Shown here: in pieces, positions 1 through 10,150 of the stretch
Layout: each line of letters begins with the position of its first letter
How positions within the stretch are numbered: position 1 is the first letter of the stretch
Source: Longimicrobiales bacterium
Lineage (GTDB): Bacteria > Gemmatimonadota > Gemmatimonadetes > Longimicrobiales > Gaopeijiaceae
Length of the DNA: 64,000 bases
Direction of reading: 5' to 3'
Assembly: GCA_965116905.1 (NCBI GenBank)
Contig: OZ220732.1
Location: 1,408,001 to 1,472,000 of the forward strand
Position numbers and translations under genes: made by a program
The notes under the pieces: model-generated
The model's input: only the letters and a program-made list of their open reading frames with translations
Databases searched by the model: none
Told to the model about the DNA's origin: nothing

Positions 1-1087
1 TGTACGAGGCGCCCCAGCACAGGTGCGTGTCCATCGTGCTCATGAAGGCGGCCAGGAAGGTCGCGACCATCAGCCCGCGCAGTCCCACGGGCATGAGCTC
101 GCGGATCATCATGGGGTAGGCGAGTTCGGGGTCGGCCATGAGCGCCGGGTCGGCACCGGGACCCGCCGGGAACACCAGCAGCGACCCCAGGCCGGCCACG
201 ATCCACGGCCACGTCAGCAGCACCGTTCCCGCAAACGCGAACCAGAGCGACGCCATCACGGACTGCCGCTCGTCGCGGGTGGCGAACAGGCGTTGCGCGA
301 CATACCCGTCGCCCTGCCCGCTCCTCATCCACAGGATCAGGATCAGGCAGAGGAAGGACAGGAATTCCAGCGACGAGGCGCCGTTGGCGCTCGGCACCAG
401 GTCGAGCGCGCCCGCGGGCGCGGCCGGGGCCTCACGGACGGCCGCCGCCATCGCGGCCGGGCCGCCGAACCGAGCCAGCACGATCCCCGCAAGCGTGATC
501 GACCCCAGCATCCCGGCCACAAACTGCACCACGTCGGTCACCACGACGCCCCAGAGGCCCGACGCCACCGTGTACACCAGGGCGAGGCCGACACACACCG
601 TGAGGGTGAGCGCGGCGTCCCATCCGAGCAGCACCTCGGCGAACTTGACCATGGCCAGCATCACCCAACCCATGACGACGGCGTTCTTGAGCAGTCCCTG
701 GTAGATGGCCGAGAAGCCGCGCAGAATCCGAGCCGGGGCGCCACCGTAGCGCAGCTCGATCATCTCGGCGTCGGTGAGGATCCCGGCGCGCCGCCACAGC
801 CGCGCATAGAAAAAGGTCAGCATCAGGATGCCGGCAGCCTCGTACCACCACAGCCAGTTGCCGAAGACCCCCTGCCGCCGGACGAGCGCGGCGGTGGCGA
901 GCGGCGCGTCGCTGGCGAACCACGTGGCCGCGATCGATGTGCCGGCGATCCACCAGGGCAGGGACCGGCCGGCGACGAAAAAGTCCTCGACGCTGCGCCC
1001 TGCTCGCCGTGCGAGACGCAAGCCGATGGTGAGGGTCAGCGCGCCGTATGCGGCGACAACGATCCAGTCAATGGCCGTAAGGGTCAC
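1..1087 (-). CDS. Sodium:solute symporter (SSS) family protein, 3' end truncated by the window edge
   Basis: Not in the ORF track. Manual translation from GTG at 1087 (GTGA overlap with the upstream stop) gives MTLTAIDWIVVAAYGALTLTIGLRLARRAGRSVEDFFVAGRSLPWWIAGTSIAATWFASDAPL...ELRYGG, a typical SSS N-terminus with many hydrophobic helices. Confidence 0.88.
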   Translation of the reverse strand, partial: MTLTAIDWIVVAAYGALTLTIGLRLARRAGRSVEDFFVAGRSLPWWIAGTSIAATWFASDAPLATAALVRRQGVFGNWLWWYEAAGILMLTFFYARLWRRAGILTDAEMIELRYGGAPARILRGFSAIYQGLLKNAVVMGWVMLAMVKFAEVLLGWDAALTLTVCVGLALVYTVASGLWGVVVTDVVQFVAGMLGSITLAGIVLARFGGPAAMAAAVREAPAAPAGALDLVPSANGASSLEFLSFLCLILILWMRSGQGDGYVAQRLFATRDERQSVMASLWFAFAGTVLLTWPWIVAGLGSLLVFPAGPGADPALMADPELAYPMMIRELMPVGLRGLMVATFLAAFMSTMDTHLCWGASY

Positions 1088-3915
1088 GGCCACAGCACAT
1101 TGGACAGGATGCGATAGGCGCCGGGCACGCCGTAGGGCAACTGGCGGTGCAGTGCCAGTGCCAGGTAGCTGTAGCGGCCTTTCCCGACTTCAGCGGCGAG
1201 CCAGACTCCGCGCTGTGGCTCCTGACCGGTGTCGTGCGTCTCGACGAGGGGCGTGTAGGCCGGATCCCACTCGGTGAAGAACTTGGATCCGCGTTGTTCC
1301 AGCCAGCCGTCGAAGTCGGCCTCCGAGATGCGGTTCGGAGCCGAAAGCAGTGGATGGGACGGGTCGAGCAGGCGCACCGGTGCGTCTTCCTCCGAGACCT
1401 CTTCGGCACCGCGGGGCAGGGAGGCACGATACGGCGCCATCACGGACGGCACGAACTCCTGGGTCTGGTACAGAACGACCAGGTTGCCGCCGCGGCGTGC
1501 GTAATCCAGCAGCCGCTGGTTGTTCTCGACCAGATCGCGGCGAACTGCGTACGCGCGCGTGCCCACGACGATTGCGTCGTACTGGTCGAGTTCGCCGCCG
1601 GTCAGGGCCGCCTCGTCCAGCAGGGTCACGGTTGCGCCGAGGGCCTCGATCGCTGCCGGCACCTCGTCCCCCACGCCCATTGCGTAGCCCACCGAAAGGC
1701 CATCCAGAGCAGCGACATCGACCGAACGGACCAGGGTCCGAGCCGGGACACTGAGCCGCGCGAGCGGCAGATCACGGTGGTCGATGACCTGGTAGCCGGA
1801 GCGGTACTCCGGTGGGACGACGGTCTGCACGTCCGGGCGAGCGTCGACTGCCGGGCGTCCCTCGTCCGCGCCGGCCACGACCCGCGCGACGGCTTCGATC
1901 ACCGCGTCACCGCTCCAGTCGGCCGGAGGTTGGATCGTGATTGAAGTCTCGACAGCCTCTCCGCGGCTACGGAAGTCGTGCCGAATCGAAGAAGGCGCCG
2001 CTGTCCAGCCTGCGGGAAGCTCGAGCTCGGCCTCGGCGGAGACATCCGGCGCATTGGCTTCCAGGCGGACGAGGACCTCGACTGGTTCGGCGCGTGCCAC
2101 ATCACCGCCCCGGACACGTGCCGGCACCACACGCACCGTCGGGGTCACACCCACGGACAGCGCCGGCAGCACCTCAATACGCCGCCCCACGGATCCGTAC
2201 GGCAGCTGCGGGACCGATCCCGTCACGGGTACGGTCCTGGCCAGGGTCGCTCCCATTCCCTCCAGGTCCATGACGGCGCGGAGGCCTGTCACGCGCCATG
2301 GCAGGTGCAGGTTGGCCGAGTCTTGTACCTCGTAGTGGTTCTCGGCCAGCCCGTTCCGCGAGAAGTAGGGACCGGCGAGTGTATGTTCCGTGGGAATCCG
2401 GATTGACAACATGTTTTCAAACGCATGCGCGGTTCCAGTCGGCTGATCCGAGACACCCGCGACCGTACCGCCGCGGCAGGTTGCTCTGATCCGCTCCCAG
2501 CGGATTGTCATCGCGTTCGCGGTCTCGCGGCCGTGAACGATCCCGATGTAGTGCGCTCTCTCCCAGCCCGGCAATGTGCTCTCAATCCTCACGGCAACAT
2601 CCACTTCCTCGCCCGGCGAGACCACGACACCGCCGATGTCCAGCTCTGCTTGAACGTCCACCCCTGCCGCGGCGAAGATGGCATCCTCGAATTGCCGCCG
2701 CTTCACCGCCAGGTGAAAACTCGTCTCTGGCGTCAGCGGTACCCTGGCGGTCACATCACGGAGGAGGTCGTATCCACACAGCAGCTCCGGCACCGATCTC
2801 TCCGGCGCGTTGAAGTCGAAGTCCTCCAAGACGCGCTGAACGATGCCGTGGAGCTCTGCGAGCATCTCGGTGATGCCGTCCCCCGCCTCTTCACCGAGTA
2901 GCCCGGGCAGACCCGCAAGACTCGTGTCGAGACCTGCGAAGAAGTTGTCCGCGACCTCGGGCGCGACCTCGGGCACGACCTTGGGCGCCACCGCGTCCTC
3001 CATCTCTTCCGCCTCGGGTGTCCCCAGCTGCTCGTACCGGTACACCCGCCCGACGCCCGTTCGCACGCGGCCGGACGTCTGCGACCGCTGCAGGCTCAGA
3101 CCCAGGCTCGCCCACTCCTGATACGACATCCCCAGCAGCGGGCTGTACGCGTCCCCTACCGCCACGTGATGGGGCTCGTCCACCCGCAGGCCACCGCGGA
3201 ACACCCTGAGCACCCGCCACGGCCGCAGCCCCTCGCGCGTGATCTGCTCCGGGAAGCGGCCGGGGTCGGCAGCCGCGGCAACGGCTTCCGGAGTCAGCAA
3301 CCCAGCCGCGTGATGGTGCCCGTGGCCGTCGCGCCGGGATCCGTGAAAGCGCGACACAGCCACGAGCGGTCGGTTCAGGCGGATCACCCGCACCATGTCT
3401 TCCAGCACGGCTTCCCGGTCCCAGCTGCGGAACGCCTCTTCGACCGACTTCGAGTAGCCGTAGTCGACCGCGGTGGTGAAGTACAGGTCGTCGAGGCCGT
3501 AGTAGCGGCCCGAAAGAACCAGTTCGCGGGTGCGGATCAGCCCGAGGGCGTCGAAGAGTTCAGGCCCGATCGCGTTGGCGCCGGCTTCGCCGCGGTTCAG
3601 GCTGAGCAGCGCGGTGCGCGCGCCCCAGCCCCGGCTGGCCAGGGCGAGCATGCCCGAGTGCTCGTCGTCGGGGTGAGCCGTGACGTGCAGAATGCTGGCG
3701 GTGGTCGTCAGCTTCCGGATGCGGTGCCACACGCCCGCAGCGCCGCGGTCGGCCTGCAGTTCTTCGCCGGGGATCGGGGCGGGGAAGGCGAGGACGCGGT
3801 CGAGGGTGGGCGTGGACTGGGCGGACGCCGACTGCGACTGCGGGGACGCCGCGGCGGAGCCAAGTGCCAGCGTGCCCGTGAGCACGATGGCCGCGGCGAA
3901 CGTCCGGGAAGCCAT
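1084..3915 (-). CDS. Secreted PIG-L/LmbE-family deacetylase with C-terminal NEW3-like and glutamine-amidotransferase-like domains
   Basis: Signal peptide; AHPDDE motif, RGEAGAN, DYGYSKS, HGHGHH; C-terminal GYAMGVGDEVP...VVGTRAY...GGNLVVLYQ...RQLPYGVPGAYR segment typical of long PIG-L proteins. Confidence 0.88.
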   Translation of the reverse strand: MASRTFAAAIVLTGTLALGSAAASPQSQSASAQSTPTLDRVLAFPAPIPGEELQADRGAAGVWHRIRKLTTTASILHVTAHPDDEHSGMLALASRGWGARTALLSLNRGEAGANAIGPELFDALGLIRTRELVLSGRYYGLDDLYFTTAVDYGYSKSVEEAFRSWDREAVLEDMVRVIRLNRPLVAVSRFHGSRRDGHGHHHAAGLLTPEAVAAAADPGRFPEQITREGLRPWRVLRVFRGGLRVDEPHHVAVGDAYSPLLGMSYQEWASLGLSLQRSQTSGRVRTGVGRVYRYEQLGTPEAEEMEDAVAPKVVPEVAPEVADNFFAGLDTSLAGLPGLLGEEAGDGITEMLAELHGIVQRVLEDFDFNAPERSVPELLCGYDLLRDVTARVPLTPETSFHLAVKRRQFEDAIFAAAGVDVQAELDIGGVVVSPGEEVDVAVRIESTLPGWERAHYIGIVHGRETANAMTIRWERIRATCRGGTVAGVSDQPTGTAHAFENMLSIRIPTEHTLAGPYFSRNGLAENHYEVQDSANLHLPWRVTGLRAVMDLEGMGATLARTVPVTGSVPQLPYGSVGRRIEVLPALSVGVTPTVRVVPARVRGGDVARAEPVEVLVRLEANAPDVSAEAELELPAGWTAAPSSIRHDFRSRGEAVETSITIQPPADWSGDAVIEAVARVVAGADEGRPAVDARPDVQTVVPPEYRSGYQVIDHRDLPLARLSVPARTLVRSVDVAALDGLSVGYAMGVGDEVPAAIEALGATVTLLDEAALTGGELDQYDAIVVGTRAYAVRRDLVENNQRLLDYARRGGNLVVLYQTQEFVPSVMAPYRASLPRGAEEVSEEDAPVRLLDPSHPLLSAPNRISEADFDGWLEQRGSKFFTEWDPAYTPLVETHDTGQEPQRGVWLAAEVGKGRYSYLALALHRQLPYGVPGAYRILSNVLWP

Positions 3916-3922
3916 TCTCGGC

Positions 3923-4273
3923 CTATCGCCGCACCATGCCGCCCAGCGGTCGCCCGCCCATGAGGTGCAGGTGGAGGTGGTAGACTTCCTGCCCCCCGTG
4001 GTCCCGGCAGTTGATCATGACGCGGTAGCCGTCGTCCGCGATCCCCTCGTTCTCGGCGATACCGGCGGCCACCCGGAGCATGCGGCCCAGCACCGCCTCG
4101 TCGTCCGCGGACACGTCCGCAAGTGTGGGGATCGCCCGGTTCGGCACGATCAGGACGTGTGTGGGCGTAAGCGGACGGATGTCGCGAAAGGCGGTGACCA
4201 GATCGTCCCGGTAGACGATGTCCGCCGGGATCTCGCCCCGCACGATCTTCGAGAATATGGTGTCTTCGGCCAT
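3923..4273 (-). CDS. hinT: Histidine triad nucleotide-binding protein
   Basis: [40 protein letters not shown] histidine triad. Confidence 0.92.
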   Translation of the reverse strand: MAEDTIFSKIVRGEIPADIVYRDDLVTAFRDIRPLTPTHVLIVPNRAIPTLADVSADDEAVLGRMLRVAAGIAENEGIADDGYRVMINCRDHGGQEVYHLHLHLMGGRPLGGMVRR

Positions 4274-4333
4274 GTCCGTCTATCGTAGCATTCTGGGGAA
4301 TCGGAGCAAGAGGAGGGTGGTTCGGGGGCTATT

Positions 4334-5614
4334 ATGTCAACTGTGCTTGACTTATTGCGCGCTCCTGGACTTCGCTCGGCGTTGCGCCGACGCCGCTGGG
4401 TGCCGCTCGTCTCTCTCGTTGCCGCGCTCGCGATTTCTGCTTGCGAACCCGACAGCGCCATGCAAATGGACGCGGCCGAACCCTGGCAAACGGAGCCTGA
4501 GTACGAGATAGGCGTCCTGGTCGAGGGGAACGCGACGTTCGAGCGGGTGACCGGACTGCGTGTCGGCGGCGGCGGGACGCGCCTCTACGTGCTGGATCCG
4601 GGCCGGGAGCGGCTCACCGTGTGGTCTCCGGAGGGTGTCGAGCTGCTCGAAATGGCGTGGGCAGGTGAGGAGGAAGGCGAGCTCGGTTCGCCCGACCGTA
4701 TCGAGTTGCGCGACGGGGGATTTCAACTGCGGGACGGCAACTCATTCGTGGTTTTCGCCGAGGACGGACAGCATCGGGAAACCGTGTCCCTGCCCCCGGC
4801 CGTGGGCTTCAACCGCTTCCGGCTCAGACCGGAGCTGATGTTGCCGGACGGGGCGTTCGTGGTGTCGCTCAGGATTCCCGATGGCGTACGGGCGGGCTGG
4901 TTTGAGGAAGATCCGATCGTGGAGGCTCCCGTCCTTCGGCTTGAGCAGGTCGAGGGCCAATGGGAGTTCGACTCGCTGGCCGTGCTCGACATCCGGAACC
5001 GGGATCTGGATCTTCGGCCGAGTGAGAGCGGTTTCGGATGGTCTCTGCACACGGCACAGCCCTACGGCGACGCGGATGAGATCGACTTCCTGCCGGCTTC
5101 AGGCACGATGGTGGTGACGCGAGACAGCCGGTCCGACCCCGGACTGGTTTACCTGCACCAGATCGCTGCCGGCGGCGACACGGTCTGGTCGGGAAGCCTG
5201 CGGTTCGAGGCGGCTCCGCTGTTGCCCGATGACGCCGCGGAGGCATTGGCCGCGGAAGCGCGGGCCGTCGCCGGGACGCTCGGGTCGCTTTCCCTCGATG
5301 AGGCTGCGGCCCTGGTGGAGCAGGTCCTGTACGTACCCGACCACTATCCGGCCGTCATGGACACCGAAGTCATGTCCAACGGGGAACTGTGGATCAGGAA
5401 CCACGAAGAGCCGGGCGACACGCTGGACGTCTGGTACGCCGTGCGGATTGGCGGGGGAAGCACTGCGCCACGACGGACGCCGCGGCGCATCCTGGTACCG
5501 TGGTCCTTCTACCCCTTCGATACGACGGACACACACGTGTGGGGCATTCAGCTCGATCCCGAGACCGGGGGGCAATACGTGGTCGGCAGGAGACTGGTTC
5601 GCGGCAGCGGCTGA
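4334..5614 (+). CDS. Putative lipoprotein, beta-propeller-like hypothetical protein
   Basis: Basic N-terminus, hydrophobic stretch and lipobox LAISAC; beta-rich repeats (LYVLD, GELGSP, GELWI). Start uncertain. Confidence 0.6.
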   Translation: MSTVLDLLRAPGLRSALRRRRWVPLVSLVAALAISACEPDSAMQMDAAEPWQTEPEYEIGVLVEGNATFERVTGLRVGGGGTRLYVLDPGRERLTVWSPEGVELLEMAWAGEEEGELGSPDRIELRDGGFQLRDGNSFVVFAEDGQHRETVSLPPAVGFNRFRLRPELMLPDGAFVVSLRIPDGVRAGWFEEDPIVEAPVLRLEQVEGQWEFDSLAVLDIRNRDLDLRPSESGFGWSLHTAQPYGDADEIDFLPASGTMVVTRDSRSDPGLVYLHQIAAGGDTVWSGSLRFEAAPLLPDDAAEALAAEARAVAGTLGSLSLDEAAALVEQVLYVPDHYPAVMDTEVMSNGELWIRNHEEPGDTLDVWYAVRIGGGSTAPRRTPRRILVPWSFYPFDTTDTHVWGIQLDPETGGQYVVGRRLVRGSG

Positions 5615-5710
5615 TTTCCCGGCGCCGCACACCTTGAGAGGTTGGGACGTGCGCAGTATTCCTTTCCGTTGAGGAAGTGTACTCGCAGTAACAGGAATGG
5701 GAGGTATTTC

Positions 5711-8704
5711 GTGAGGGCGACATTCTTCACAATGGGGTTTGCGGCCGTCCTGGCGGCGGGCGCCGATGCCCAGCAGGCGAGCCGGACGCAGCCCGTCCAG
5801 GGCATGCGCGACAACGGCACCGGATACCACGCACTGGTGGGAGCCAGGGTCGTGACGGGGCCCGGCCAGGTCATCGACGACGCCACGATCGTGATACGGG
5901 ACGGCCTCGTGCAGGCGGTGGGACGGGGCATGGAGGCACCGGCGGGTGCACGCGTGTGGGACCTCGAGGGACTTACCGTTTACCCGGGCTTCATCGACGC
6001 CCACGCCGACCTCGAGATGGACGCGGTGCCTGAGGGCGGGGACATTGGGCCCACGCACTGGAATCCCCAGGTCAGGGCGTGGTTTTCCACGACCCGGAAC
6101 CTCGCTGACGACGAAGACCGGCGGGCGGCGCTGCGCTCACAGGGCTTCGGCACTGCGCTGGCGGTGCCGAAGGAGGGGATCTTCCGGGGCACGGCTTCGG
6201 TGGTGAATCTCGGGGACGAAGGTGTGCGTGAACGGGTACTCCGGCCGGATGTCGCCCAGGCCATGGGGTTCCAGCGCTCGTTCGAGCTGGGCGGATCGTA
6301 CCCGAACTCCGCGATGGGTACGATCGCGCTCATCAAGCAGACCCTCATGGACGCCGAGTGGTACATGCGCGCCTGGGAGGCCTACGAGTCGAGCGGCCGC
6401 GCCTTCCTCCCCCCGGAGACGAGCGAGGCCCTCGCGGCGCTTGAAGACGTGGTGCAGGGCAATCAGCCGGTCGTCTTCGAGACGGGCAGCGAGGAGGATT
6501 ACCTGCGGGCACACAGTCTCGCCAGCGAGTTCGGGCTGACCCCGTGGTTCCGCGGCAACGGGCTCGAATACCGCCTTATCGACGTGCTGCGCGGACGCAG
6601 CGATCCCCTTGTTGTGCCGCTCGACTTCCCGGACGCCCCCGATGTGGGACACCCGGCGGCGGCACTCGATGCATCGGTCTCCGACCTGCGTCACTGGTAC
6701 CTGGCGCCGACCAACCCGGCGCAGCTGGCCGACGCCGGGGTCCGCTTCGCCATCACCAGCGACGGGCTTTCGTCGCTGAACGAGTTCCTGCCCAACCTTC
6801 GGATCGCGGTGGCGCGGGGACTCGCCACGGACGATGCCCTGGCGGCGCTCACGACGACGCCGGCCTCCTGGCTCGGGATCGACCGCACCCACGGGACCAT
6901 CGCCGAGGGCAAGGTGGCCAACCTGATCGTCAGCGAGGGCGACCTGTTCACCGAGGAGGCCACGGTGCGCGACGTGTGGGTCCAGGGACGGGTCTACGGC
7001 GTAACCCGTCCGGCCCAGATCGATCCCAGGGGAACCTGGCAGATCGCGTCGGACGACGAGTGGGGCTTCGACGCCGCCCTCGTCCTGGAGGGCCCGTTGA
7101 ACCGGTTGCGCGGCTATCTCGACATCGCCAGCACCGGCCCCGAGCTTCCCGGCGGCGCCCGGGTCGACCTCGAGTCGGCCAGTGCGGTTGCCGAGACCGG
7201 CCGGATCCAGGCGCGCTTCAACGGCGAGGTGCTCGGCTACCAGGGCATGGCGCTGCTGTCGGGCTCCGTCCGCGGCGACGAGTTCTACGGGTGGACTTCG
7301 CTCCCGAACGGGGCGGATCCGTCCTTCCGCGGGACCCGCACCGGGGACTTCGAAGGCCCGTCGCGCGGCACCGTGGCGATGGACGTGCCCGAGATCGACC
7401 TGCCGTTCATCCGCCCCATGATGGACTACGGCCGGACATCGATCCCCGAACAGCCCGCCGCGGTCGTGGTGCGCAACGCGACCGTCTGGACCCAGGGTGC
7501 GCAGGGCATGCTCGAAGGTGCGGACCTCCTGGTTCGCGCGGGTACGGTCGAGGCGGTCGGCGTGGACCTCGACGCCCCGCGCGGCGCGGTCGAGATCGAC
7601 GCCGCGGGGAAGCACGTCACGCCGGGGATGATCGATCCGCACATCCATTCGGGCGTCAGCGCCGTCAACGAGAGCGGCTTCGCGATCGTGCCCGAGGTGC
7701 GCATGGGCGACGTCGTCACCCACAACAACATCTGGATGTACCGGCAGGTGGCGGGCGGACTCACCACCGCGCACATCAAGCACGGCTCCGCGAACCCCAT
7801 CGGCGGCGAGAACGTCTTCGTGAAGATGCGCTGGGGCTCGCTCCCCGACGACCTGAAGCTGGAAAACGCGCCGCGCACGGTGAAGTTCGCGCTGGGCGAG
7901 AACCCGAAGCGGCGGCAGGGACGCTACCCCGACACGCGCATGGGCACGCAGGAGATCATCCGCGACCACTTCATGGCCGCGCGCGACTACGAGCGGGAGT
8001 GGCAGCGCTGGGAGGAGACCGGTGAGGGGCTGCCCCCCCGGCGCGACCTGCGCATGGAGGCGATCCTGGACATCCTCGACCAGGAGCTGCTCATCTCGTC
8101 GCACGGCTACCGCGCCGACGAGTTCCTGGCGCTCGTCCGGCTGGCCGAAGAGTTCGGCTTCCGGGTCCAGACGCTGCAGCACGGCGTCGAGGCGTACAAG
8201 ATCGCGCCCGAACTCGCCGAGTCCGGGGTCGCCGCGGTCGTCTGGAGCGACTGGGGCGCCTTCAAGCTCGAGGCGTACGACGCGACGGTGTACAACGCGC
8301 GCATCCTGATCGAGGCGGGTGTCGTGACCTCGCTGCACTCGGACAACAGCGAGATCGCCAGCCGCATGAACTGGGAGGCGGGCAAGCTGCTTCGCACCGG
8401 GCTCACCCCCGAACAGGCGCTCTCGACCGTGACCAACCAGGCGGCCGAGGCGATCGCGATCCACGACCAGGTCGGCTCGCTGGAGCCCGGAAAGGACGGG
8501 GACTTCGTGATCTGGAGCGGCGACCCGCTTTCGCAGTTTACGCGGGCCGAGCAGACCTGGATCGATGGCCGCCGCTACTTCTCGCTCGAGGAAGACGCGG
8601 CCATGCGGGAACAGATCGCACAGGAACGCACACAGCTGATCCAGGCCATCCTGTCCATCGAGGGCGGCGGCGGCCGGAGCGCCCAGACGGAGACAAACCG
8701 ATGA
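5711..8704 (+). CDS. Secreted two-domain amidohydrolase family protein
   Basis: GGAGG RBS before GTG 5711; signal peptide; two amidohydrolase units (YPGFIDAH...GTIAEGKVANL and TPGMIDPHIH...SLHSD...GSLEPGKDGDFV). Confidence 0.85.
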   Translation: MRATFFTMGFAAVLAAGADAQQASRTQPVQGMRDNGTGYHALVGARVVTGPGQVIDDATIVIRDGLVQAVGRGMEAPAGARVWDLEGLTVYPGFIDAHADLEMDAVPEGGDIGPTHWNPQVRAWFSTTRNLADDEDRRAALRSQGFGTALAVPKEGIFRGTASVVNLGDEGVRERVLRPDVAQAMGFQRSFELGGSYPNSAMGTIALIKQTLMDAEWYMRAWEAYESSGRAFLPPETSEALAALEDVVQGNQPVVFETGSEEDYLRAHSLASEFGLTPWFRGNGLEYRLIDVLRGRSDPLVVPLDFPDAPDVGHPAAALDASVSDLRHWYLAPTNPAQLADAGVRFAITSDGLSSLNEFLPNLRIAVARGLATDDALAALTTTPASWLGIDRTHGTIAEGKVANLIVSEGDLFTEEATVRDVWVQGRVYGVTRPAQIDPRGTWQIASDDEWGFDAALVLEGPLNRLRGYLDIASTGPELPGGARVDLESASAVAETGRIQARFNGEVLGYQGMALLSGSVRGDEFYGWTSLPNGADPSFRGTRTGDFEGPSRGTVAMDVPEIDLPFIRPMMDYGRTSIPEQPAAVVVRNATVWTQGAQGMLEGADLLVRAGTVEAVGVDLDAPRGAVEIDAAGKHVTPGMIDPHIHSGVSAVNESGFAIVPEVRMGDVVTHNNIWMYRQVAGGLTTAHIKHGSANPIGGENVFVKMRWGSLPDDLKLENAPRTVKFALGENPKRRQGRYPDTRMGTQEIIRDHFMAARDYEREWQRWEETGEGLPPRRDLRMEAILDILDQELLISSHGYRADEFLALVRLAEEFGFRVQTLQHGVEAYKIAPELAESGVAAVVWSDWGAFKLEAYDATVYNARILIEAGVVTSLHSDNSEIASRMNWEAGKLLRTGLTPEQALSTVTNQAAEAIAIHDQVGSLEPGKDGDFVIWSGDPLSQFTRAEQTWIDGRRYFSLEEDAAMREQIAQERTQLIQAILSIEGGGGRSAQTETNR

Positions 8705-10092
8705 TGACGACGACGACGGAGCGACGAGCGATGAGGGGAGCCCTTGCGCGGTGGGCGGGCATGGCAGCGATGGCCGCCGCGGCCTTGGCGGTCCTGTGCG
8801 CGGCGGTGCCGACAGCCCTCGGGGCGCAGGTGCGCATGACCGTGCCGCCGCAATCCGAGCCCGTGGCACTGCAGGGCGCCACCATTCACACGGTCACCAG
8901 CGGTGTGATCGAGAACGGGACGATCCTCCTGGAGAACGGGTTGATCACCGCGATCGGGGCCGACGTGGAGATCCCGGCCGGGACCCGCGTGGTCGATGCG
9001 ACCGGCAAGCACATCTATCCCGGCCTCATCGACGCCTTCAGCACCGTGGGGATCGCCGAGATCGGCGCGGTGGGCGTCTCCAACGACGTCAACGAACTGG
9101 GCGACTTCAACCCGAACGTGCGCGCGGACGTCGCCGTGAACGCCGAGAGCCGCCACATCGGCACCACGCGCTCGGCCGGCGTGCTCACGACGCTCACGAC
9201 GCCCGGCGGCGGACTCGTCTCCGGCATGTCTTCCGCGATGGCCCTCGAGGGATGGAGCTGGGAAGAGATGTCGATGCAGTCGGCCGCGGCGCTCAACGTG
9301 AACTGGCCGAATCCCAACCCCCGCCGGTTCCGCGGATTCGGCGGCTTCAGGTTCGGTCAGGAACGCGAAGACCCGCCGAGCTACGAGGAACAGGTCCAGC
9401 AGCTCAAGGACTTCTTCGCGGAAGCCCGGGCCTATCGGGACGCGGTCGCCGCCGGTGCTGAGGTGCGCAGCGACTCCCGCTACGCCGCCATGATCCCGGT
9501 CATCGACGGAGACCTCCCCGTCGTGGTCGCGGCCGACGGCGCGGCCCAGATCAACGACGCCATCACCTGGGCGCAGGAGGAGGACCTGCGGATCGTCATC
9601 CGCGGCGGGCGGGACGCCATCCATGTGGCGGATCGCCTGGTTGCCGAGGACATCCCGGTGATCCTGACCTCGACGATGGCCGCTCCCGGGCGGCCATACG
9701 AGGGCTACGACGGCGCCTACTCGATGCCGGCGCGCCTCCACGAGGCGGGCGTGCGCTTTGCGATTTCGGGCGGTTCGGGGTCGCTGTATTCGAACCGGCT
9801 GCCCTTCGAAGCGGGCGTGGCCGTTGCGTTCGGGCTCCCCGAGGAGGAGGCCCTGAAGGCGGTGACGATCAACCCCGCACAGTTCCTGGGACTCGACGAT
9901 CGCGTCGGCTCTCTGGAACCGGGCAAGCAGGCGACCTTCCTGATCACGACCGGAACGCCGCTCGACATGACCACCGACATTGAGCAGGCGTACATCCAGG
10001 GCCGCGAGCTCGACATGATGGACATCCAGAAGTACTTCTTCGAGAAGTACATGGAGAAGGTCCGGCAAGTCATGCGGCGGGTGATCATGTAG
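8701..10092 (+). CDS. Secreted amidohydrolase family protein, metal ligands apparently degenerate
   Basis: ATGA-coupled to the upstream gene; GKHIYPGLIDAF, TINPAQFLGLDDRVGSLEPGKQA; lacks HxH. Confidence 0.82.
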   Translation: MMTTTTERRAMRGALARWAGMAAMAAAALAVLCAAVPTALGAQVRMTVPPQSEPVALQGATIHTVTSGVIENGTILLENGLITAIGADVEIPAGTRVVDATGKHIYPGLIDAFSTVGIAEIGAVGVSNDVNELGDFNPNVRADVAVNAESRHIGTTRSAGVLTTLTTPGGGLVSGMSSAMALEGWSWEEMSMQSAAALNVNWPNPNPRRFRGFGGFRFGQEREDPPSYEEQVQQLKDFFAEARAYRDAVAAGAEVRSDSRYAAMIPVIDGDLPVVVAADGAAQINDAITWAQEEDLRIVIRGGRDAIHVADRLVAEDIPVILTSTMAAPGRPYEGYDGAYSMPARLHEAGVRFAISGGSGSLYSNRLPFEAGVAVAFGLPEEEALKAVTINPAQFLGLDDRVGSLEPGKQATFLITTGTPLDMTTDIEQAYIQGRELDMMDIQKYFFEKYMEKVRQVMRRVIM

Positions 10093-10111
10093 GCGGTCGC
10101 GCGCCCGGCCG

Positions 10112-10139
10112 GGGGAGCGGGCGCGGACGCCCGCTCCCC
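10112..10139. terminator. GC-rich hairpin between convergent genes, probable bidirectional terminator
   Basis: Perfect 12-bp stem GGGGAGCGGGCG-cgga-CGCCCGCTCCCC; no U-tract. Confidence 0.5.
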
Positions 10140-10150
10140 ACCGCCGCCCC

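Noticed and set aside
5615..5710. Riboswitch upstream of the amidohydrolase
   Set aside because: Only a weak 5-bp hairpin; no recognisable aptamer consensus.
6137..8869. 910-aa minus-strand ORF and similar long ORFs (21233-23704, 31203-33833, 51716-53884, 60096-62066, 8575-10650)
   Set aside because: Antisense shadows of well-supported genes, expected in high-GC DNA; no recognisable motifs.
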